Under the pieces are notes generated by a model, which saw nothing but the letters and a program-made list of their open reading frames with translations, did not search any database and was not told the DNA's origin. The position numbers and the translations under genes are program-made. A stretch of 62,717 bases of DNA, the filler included. It is 5 parts of 5 records of this genome, joined end to end, with 100 filler letters (N's around TTAATTAATTAA, not from the genome) between each part and the next. Parts side by side here need not be neighbours in the genome. Positions count along the whole stretch, not along the records: positions 55,511 to 62,717 come from SRR22947727_32; 4 more parts are not named here. One strand, written 5' to 3'. Positions 57,128 to 62,717 of the stretch are shown piece after piece (the first letter of the stretch is position 1; each line of letters starts with the position of its first letter).

Positions 57128-57850
57128 ATGAATTCAATAAATAAAAAAGAAATAGAAAAATTTTCAAGAATTGCAGAAGAATGGTGGAATCCTGATGGAA
57201 AATTTAAACCTTTGCACAATTTTAATCCTATAAGAATTAAATATATAAAAGAAAATATTATTAAAGATTTCAAAATTAAAGACTTAGATAAACCTTTAAA
57301 AAATATTAAACTGTTAGACATTGGTTGTGGGGGTGGCTTGTTATCTGAGCCAATGCGAAGATTGGGTGCGGATGTAACTGCGATAGATGCTTCGAAACAA
57401 AATATAGAAGTCGCTAAATTTCATGCAAAAAAAAATAAACTTAAAATTGATTATAGAGTTAGTTCGCCTGAAAAATTAAAAACTACAAATAAATTTGATG
57501 TAATTTTAAATATGGAAATAGTTGAACATGTTAATGATATAGATTTTTTTATTAAAGAGAGTTCTAAATTATTAAAAAAAAATGGTATAATGTTTGTTGC
57601 TACATTAAATAAAACATTAAAATCATATATTTTTGCAATTATTGGTGCTGAATATGTTTTAAAATGGCTTCCAATAGGGACACATGATTGGGAAAAATTT
57701 GTAAAGCCTGAGGATTTAACAGAGATTTCAAAAAGAAATAAACTATTGTTAAAAAAATTAGATGGTATGCAATTTAATATATTAAATAGTAGCTGGAATG
57801 TCAGTGATGATACTTCAGTTAATTATATTACAAAATTTATTAAAACTTAA
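57128..57850 (+). CDS. ubiG: 3-demethylubiquinol O-methyltransferase
   Basis: EWWNPDGKFKPLH.FNP.R, LDIGCGGGLLSE, MEIVEHV, GAEY...P.GTH.W. Confidence 0.95.
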   Translation: MNSINKKEIEKFSRIAEEWWNPDGKFKPLHNFNPIRIKYIKENIIKDFKIKDLDKPLKNIKLLDIGCGGGLLSEPMRRLGADVTAIDASKQNIEVAKFHAKKNKLKIDYRVSSPEKLKTTNKFDVILNMEIVEHVNDIDFFIKESSKLLKKNGIMFVATLNKTLKSYIFAIIGAEYVLKWLPIGTHDWEKFVKPEDLTEISKRNKLLLKKLDGMQFNILNSSWNVSDDTSVNYITKFIKT

Positions 57851-58275
57851 TTAGTATTTTCTTTTATCCAGGGAATTACCTCGGCCTCTATTCCCTCTTC
57901 TCTCAATTCTTTTATATCTTCCTTTGTAGCAGTGCCATAAATTCCTTTAGAAAATTTTTTATCTTTATAGTGGATAGATCTAGCCTCATAAGTAAAGTTT
58001 TTACCAACATATTGAAAATTTTTTTTTATAAAATCTTGATATTTATTTATTGTTTTTTTGATATCTTTATATTTTTGGCTTGATGTATCAATACCAATAT
58101 CTTTTTTGGACATTAGTACATTCGGTGACATCAAAGTCTTTTCAACATTTAGTGAGTTGCAAATATGACAATTGAGAAATTTTTTCTTTTTGAGTTTTTC
58201 ATACTCTTTAGAGGTTGAAAACCAACTATCAAAAGTTATTTCACAATCTTTACATATAAGCTTATATTTGATCAC
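57847..58275 (-). CDS. DUF1178 family protein
   Basis: MIKYKLIC...FDSWF, C..C, K.LMSP, VG..F..EAR.IHY, IYG.A. Confidence 0.85.
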   Translation of the reverse strand: MIKYKLICKDCEITFDSWFSTSKEYEKLKKKKFLNCHICNSLNVEKTLMSPNVLMSKKDIGIDTSSQKYKDIKKTINKYQDFIKKNFQYVGKNFTYEARSIHYKDKKFSKGIYGTATKEDIKELREEGIEAEVIPWIKENTN

Positions 58276-58316
58276 ACTATATAGATAATAACATAACTAT
58301 TTAATTCAATATTAAA

Positions 58317-59618
58317 TTAACTTCTATAATCGGCATTAATTTCTATATATTTTTTTGTTAAATCCATAGTGTAAGCTGTGAAATATTTTGATCCTGAATT
58401 TAGGCTTATCAAGATTTCTATTGATGAGCTCTTCATGTATGTTGCAACTTGACTTTCATTATAATTACTAAAAATTTTTCCATTTTCTACAACTTTTATA
58501 TCACCAAAATTAATTGATAATTTATTTGTATCAAAATTTATTCCTGATTTGCCAATTGCCATTATTATTCTTCCCCAGTTTGGGTCTTCTCCAGCAATGG
58601 CTGTTTTGACTAAATTAGAATTTGCAATGGAAAAAGCTACAGATTTTGCATCACTCTGAGTTTTTGATTTTAAAACACTTATTGATATAAATTTAGTAGC
58701 ACCCTCTCCATCTGCAACTATTCTTTTGGATAAATTTAATAATACTGAGTGTAAAGCTTTATCAAAATTATAAAGTTTTTTATCTGTAATATTCTTAATT
58801 ATTGGATTTTTTACTTTACCAGTTGAAAATATTGAAACCATATCATTTGTGCTGGTATCACCATCACATGTAATTGCATTAAATGTTGTGTCAATATTTT
58901 TTTTTAACAATTTGCTTAAGACATCATTTGAAAGATCTGCATCTGTAAAAATATAGCCTAGTGTTGTAGCCATATTTGGAAAAATCATTCCTGAACCTTT
59001 TGCAATTCCATATATCTTTATTTTTTTATCACCAATTTTACACTCTTCCATTGCAAGCTTTGGTTTTAAATCTGTTGTCATTATTCCTAAAGCTGCTTTT
59101 ATCCAAATTGATTTATTCTGAGTGTATCTAATTTTTTTTATTAATTCTGAAATATTGCTTTTTATTTTTTTTGTAGGATATTTTTCACCTATTGTACCAG
59201 TACAACCAAAAAGTATCTCATTTGCCAATACTTTTTTGGGGGAATCTTCATCTTCATTTTGTTTTTTTGAGAGCTGTATTGAAAGTTCTTCTGCTATTTC
59301 TTTTAGAGCCTTATAGCCTTCAGATCCTGTGAATGCATTGGCATTTCTAGTGTTTACCAAAAGTGATTTTATTTTTTTACTTTTTATATTTATGTTCCAT
59401 TTTATGTTTTCTGATATTATTTTAGATTGTGTGAAAACAGATGCATAATTTGCTCCATCTCTAAAATAAAACATAACCAGATCATCTCTTGGTTTGTTGT
59501 ATAAATTTGCAGAAATTGTTGAAATTGAAACTCCATCTATATGGTCTAAATCTTGAAAGTCTTGCATTTTTGACCTTGAAGCTAATGAGTTTACAAAGTT
59601 TTTTAAATTTAATGGCAT
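58317..59618 (-). CDS. argJ: Bifunctional glutamate N-acetyltransferase/amino-acid acetyltransferase
   Basis: NANAFTG, TGTIG, IMTTD, KGSGMIFPNMAT, DGDTSTND, DGEGATK, DPNWGR, INADYRS. Confidence 0.96.
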   Translation of the reverse strand: MPLNLKNFVNSLASRSKMQDFQDLDHIDGVSISTISANLYNKPRDDLVMFYFRDGANYASVFTQSKIISENIKWNINIKSKKIKSLLVNTRNANAFTGSEGYKALKEIAEELSIQLSKKQNEDEDSPKKVLANEILFGCTGTIGEKYPTKKIKSNISELIKKIRYTQNKSIWIKAALGIMTTDLKPKLAMEECKIGDKKIKIYGIAKGSGMIFPNMATTLGYIFTDADLSNDVLSKLLKKNIDTTFNAITCDGDTSTNDMVSIFSTGKVKNPIIKNITDKKLYNFDKALHSVLLNLSKRIVADGEGATKFISISVLKSKTQSDAKSVAFSIANSNLVKTAIAGEDPNWGRIIMAIGKSGINFDTNKLSINFGDIKVVENGKIFSNYNESQVATYMKSSSIEILISLNSGSKYFTAYTMDLTKKYIEINADYRS

Positions 59619-59683
59619 ATATTTAAAATATTTATTTAATACTTATATTAAAAGCTGTAATTAATTATATATCAAAAAATAAG

Positions 59684-62248
59684 ATGCTTAATCCTTTAAA
59701 TTTTATCTCAAAATTCATTAAATCAAGCAATCAAAAAGAGCTTGATAGAGTTACAAAGATTGTTGAAAAAGTTAATTCTTTTGAAGACAATATTAAAGAT
59801 ATTCCTGATGAAGATTTTCCTAAAAAAACAATAGAACTTAAAAAACGATTAAGTAATGGAGAAGATATAAATGGTCTTTTACCTGAAGCTTTTGCACTTG
59901 TACGTGAGGCATCTAAAAGGACGAGAAATGAAAGACATTATGATGTTCAAATAATAGGGGGTATTATTCTTCATGAAGGCAAGATAGCTGAGATGAGAAC
60001 TGGAGAGGGAAAAACATTAACTATAAGTTTGGCAGCTTATCTAAATGCTCTACACGGTAAAGGTGTACACATTGTTACTGTAAATGATTATTTGGCAAAA
60101 AGAGATTCGCAAGAAATGGGGGAAATCTATCATTTTCTTGGGCTAACATCTGGATACATTAATAATGACCAAGATGAATATGAAAGAAAAAAGAATTATA
60201 GTTTTGACATAACCTATGCAACTAATAGTGAGCTTGGCTTTGATTACTTGAGAGATAATATGAAATTCTCCAAGGACCAAATGGTTCAAAGAGGACATGT
60301 ATATACAATTGTTGATGAAATTGACTCTTGTTTAATCGATGAAGCTAGAACACCACTTGTAATCTCTGGTGCTGCAGAAGATAAAACTGAACAATATCTT
60401 GCTATTGATAAATTAGTTAAAAAACTTACTCCTAAAAATTATGAGATAGATGAAAAAGACAAAAATATACTATTAACAAATGAAGGAATTAATAATATTG
60501 AAAACATACTTTCGAATGCTGGAATATTAAAAAATAATAATTTCTATGATCCTGAAAACTTAAGTCTCGTACATCATGTGAATCAATCTTTGAGAGCTAA
60601 TCATTTATTTGAAAAAGGAAGAGATTATATTGTAAGAGATGGCTCTTTAAAAATCATTGATGAGTTGACAGGTAGAATATTAGAAGGCAGAAGATATGGT
60701 GATGGACTTCATCAAGCACTTGAAGCAAAAGAGAGAATAGATGTACAGGCTGAAAATCAAACCCTTGCATCAATAACTTATCAAAACTATTTTAAGCTTT
60801 ATGAAAAAATTTCTGGATGCACAGGAACAGCTGTAACAGAATCTCAAGAATTTTTTGAAATATATAATTTAATAGTAGTTGTTATCCCTACTAATAAAGA
60901 AATGATCAGAAAAGACTGGAATGATCAAATTTTTCGAACTGAATTAGAAAAAAATAAAGCAATTATAAATAAAGTTTTAGAATGTCATGAAAAAGGTCAG
61001 CCAATTTTAGTTTTCACTTCAAGCATCAACAAGTCTGAAATCTATTCTAAACTATTAGATGAAAAAAAAATTAAGCATGTAGTATTAAATGCAAAAAATC
61101 ATGAAAATGAAGCTGAAATCATCGCAAATGCTGGAAAAATGAACTCAGTTATAATTACAACAAGTATTTCAGGAAGAGGTGTTGATATTCAGTTGGGTGG
61201 TAAGAAAGGTGGTCAGCCTGATGAAGAATTACTACAAAATAAAAATAAAATTAAATCACTTGGTGGACTATTTGTAATTGGTACTGAAAGAATGGAATCA
61301 AGAAGAGTCGATAACCAAGCAAGAGGAAGAGCTGGGAGACAGGGTGATGAAGGTAGTTCAATATTTTATGTTAGTTTAGAAGATGATCTTATGCGAATTT
61401 TTGGTTCTGAGTCTATGAATAATATTCTTCAAAAACTGGGGCTAAAAGATGGTGAAAGTATCGATCATCCCTGGATAAATAAAGCTCTTGAGCGTGCACA
61501 ACAAAAAGTTGAAGCAAGAAACTTTGATATAAGAAAAAACTTATTAAAATTTGATGATGTTTTGAATGATCAAAGACACGTTATTTTTTCTCAAAGGAAC
61601 AATGTGATGAATAATGAAAAAGTTTTTGATTATTCTGATGAATTTTTATTAGAGATTATAAATCATCTTATTACTTTAAAATCTCAAAAAATATCAAAAA
61701 CTAAAAATAATGAATTCAACAATCAACTAAAAACTCTAGTTGGAAAAAGTATAAATGATAATGAATTTGAAAATCTTGTGAATTTAAATGATAAAGAATT
61801 TAAGGAAAAGATAGACTCTAAATTTATCGAAGCCAGAAATGAGAGAGTTAATATGCTTAATGAAGAGAAGGCTAAAGAAATTGAAAAAAGAATTTTACTT
61901 CAGTGCATTGATTTAAATTGGAAATCTCATATCCAATATCTTGAACAATTAAGACAAGTTATTGGCCTAAGGTCTTATGGTCAAAAAGATCCCCTGGTTG
62001 AATATAAAAAAGAGGCTTTTTATCTTTTTGAAAATTTACTTAATAAATTAAAAATTGATTTTGTTACAATTTTAATAAATCTAAAAATAGTTCAAGAGCC
62101 AAGTGAAAATACAACTAAACCTATTAAGAAGCAAATTTCGAATAACCCCAAATGTTTATTAATACAAAAAAAAGATCAAAAACTATCAAGAAACGAAAAG
62201 TGTGAAGCCACTGGTAAAAAATTTAAAAATTGCTGTGGCGCTTTATAG
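59684..62248 (+). CDS. secA: Preprotein translocase subunit SecA
   Basis: EMRTGEGKT, VTVNDYLA, DEIDS.LIDEARTPL, GLHQALEAKE, GRAGRQGD. Confidence 0.98.
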   Translation: MLNPLNFISKFIKSSNQKELDRVTKIVEKVNSFEDNIKDIPDEDFPKKTIELKKRLSNGEDINGLLPEAFALVREASKRTRNERHYDVQIIGGIILHEGKIAEMRTGEGKTLTISLAAYLNALHGKGVHIVTVNDYLAKRDSQEMGEIYHFLGLTSGYINNDQDEYERKKNYSFDITYATNSELGFDYLRDNMKFSKDQMVQRGHVYTIVDEIDSCLIDEARTPLVISGAAEDKTEQYLAIDKLVKKLTPKNYEIDEKDKNILLTNEGINNIENILSNAGILKNNNFYDPENLSLVHHVNQSLRANHLFEKGRDYIVRDGSLKIIDELTGRILEGRRYGDGLHQALEAKERIDVQAENQTLASITYQNYFKLYEKISGCTGTAVTESQEFFEIYNLIVVVIPTNKEMIRKDWNDQIFRTELEKNKAIINKVLECHEKGQPILVFTSSINKSEIYSKLLDEKKIKHVVLNAKNHENEAEIIANAGKMNSVIITTSISGRGVDIQLGGKKGGQPDEELLQNKNKIKSLGGLFVIGTERMESRRVDNQARGRAGRQGDEGSSIFYVSLEDDLMRIFGSESMNNILQKLGLKDGESIDHPWINKALERAQQKVEARNFDIRKNLLKFDDVLNDQRHVIFSQRNNVMNNEKVFDYSDEFLLEIINHLITLKSQKISKTKNNEFNNQLKTLVGKSINDNEFENLVNLNDKEFKEKIDSKFIEARNERVNMLNEEKAKEIEKRILLQCIDLNWKSHIQYLEQLRQVIGLRSYGQKDPLVEYKKEAFYLFENLLNKLKIDFVTILINLKIVQEPSENTTKPIKKQISNNPKCLLIQKKDQKLSRNEKCEATGKKFKNCCGAL

Positions 62249-62717
62249 AAAAAAAACCAGATAAGAAAACAAAACAATTGCTGCAACAAATATTGATAAA
62301 AAAATCTTAAAGTTAAAAAATTTTTCAATAAAGCTATTAAGCTTATTTTTTTTCATATTTAGCGCACTTAGATTATCTGGTTGACTTACAAAGCCCTTTG
62401 TTCTTCCAATGCTTAAAAATTTATTTTTTCTATGGCTAAAAATTTCTTCTCCACTCATATTCTCAAATTCATTCAAATTATTTGTGATTGATCTTCTAAC
62501 ATTATCCAAAATTAAATCTCTATCTCGGTGTGCACCACCAATTGGTTCTGCAACGATCTCATCAATTACCTTTAGTTCAAGGAGATCTTTTGATGATAAT
62601 TTCATTGCTTTTGCAGCCTCTAAGGTTCTCTTTGGATCTCTCCATAAAATGGTTGCACATCCTTCTGGAGATATAACTGAATAGATTGCATTTTCTAACA
62701 TAATAACTTTATTAGAT
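62243..62717 (-). CDS. accA: Acetyl-CoA carboxylase carboxyltransferase alpha, C-terminal part
   Basis: SNKVIMLENAIYSVISPEGCATILW, EPIGGAHRD; frame continues past the window end. Confidence 0.93.
   Translation of the reverse strand, partial: SNKVIMLENAIYSVISPEGCATILWRDPKRTLEAAKAMKLSSKDLLELKVIDEIVAEPIGGAHRDRDLILDNVRRSITNNLNEFENMSGEEIFSHRKNKFLSIGRTKGFVSQPDNLSALNMKKNKLNSFIEKFFNFKIFLSIFVAAIVLFSYLVFFL

Noticed and set aside
1335-62684. Other short antisense or alternate-frame ORFs nested in long genes (e.g. 1335-1604, 3596-3880, 10128-10451, 48971-49156, 51750-51944, 62409-62684)
   Set aside because: Fully or largely overlap well-supported genes and show no recognisable motifs

Overview
The window is five contigs joined by artificial 100-bp spacers (N-run + TTAATTAATTAA + N-run at 20480-20579, 32688-32787, 43077-43176 and 55411-55510), so adjacency across spacers is not biological. 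Contigs 1-3 (1-43076) are very AT-rich surface-glycan/O-chain biosynthesis genes: pseudaminic and legionaminic/sialic acid pathways, formyl-, amido-, acetamidino-, sulfo- and acyl-decorating enzymes, a radical SAM enzyme, glycosyltransferases and an ABC flippase. Contig 1 contains tRNA-Val(GAC) and ends in the 5' end of a stand-alone 5S rRNA, which matches the hypervariable O-chain region (HVR2) of Pelagibacterales (SAR11); the taxonomy is inferred. Contig 4 (43177-55410) is a higher-GC, single-strand fragment of a marine tailed phage (adaptor/tail genes, tail fibre, membrane and exported proteins, spanins, nuclease, lysozyme). Contig 5 (55511-62717) is alphaproteobacterial core genome (ispG, lysC, ubiG, DUF1178, argJ, secA, accA). 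Most notable observations: (i) six copies of a 17-bp palindrome TGTTCA-N5-TGAACA, all intergenic, in front of glycan genes and in the promoter of a MarR_EPS-family regulator, suggesting a regulon; (ii) a stand-alone ACP-MaoC-SDR-FkbH acyl-donor cassette followed by a possible acyltransferase and a deacetylase; (iii) a phage-encoded exported pair (Asn/Thr-rich protein and NIDO-like acidic protein) and a Maf/CstII-like glycosyltransferase inside the virion module; (iv) a degenerate att-like copy of the tRNA-Val 3' half. All family assignments come from motif recognition by eye; no searches were run.
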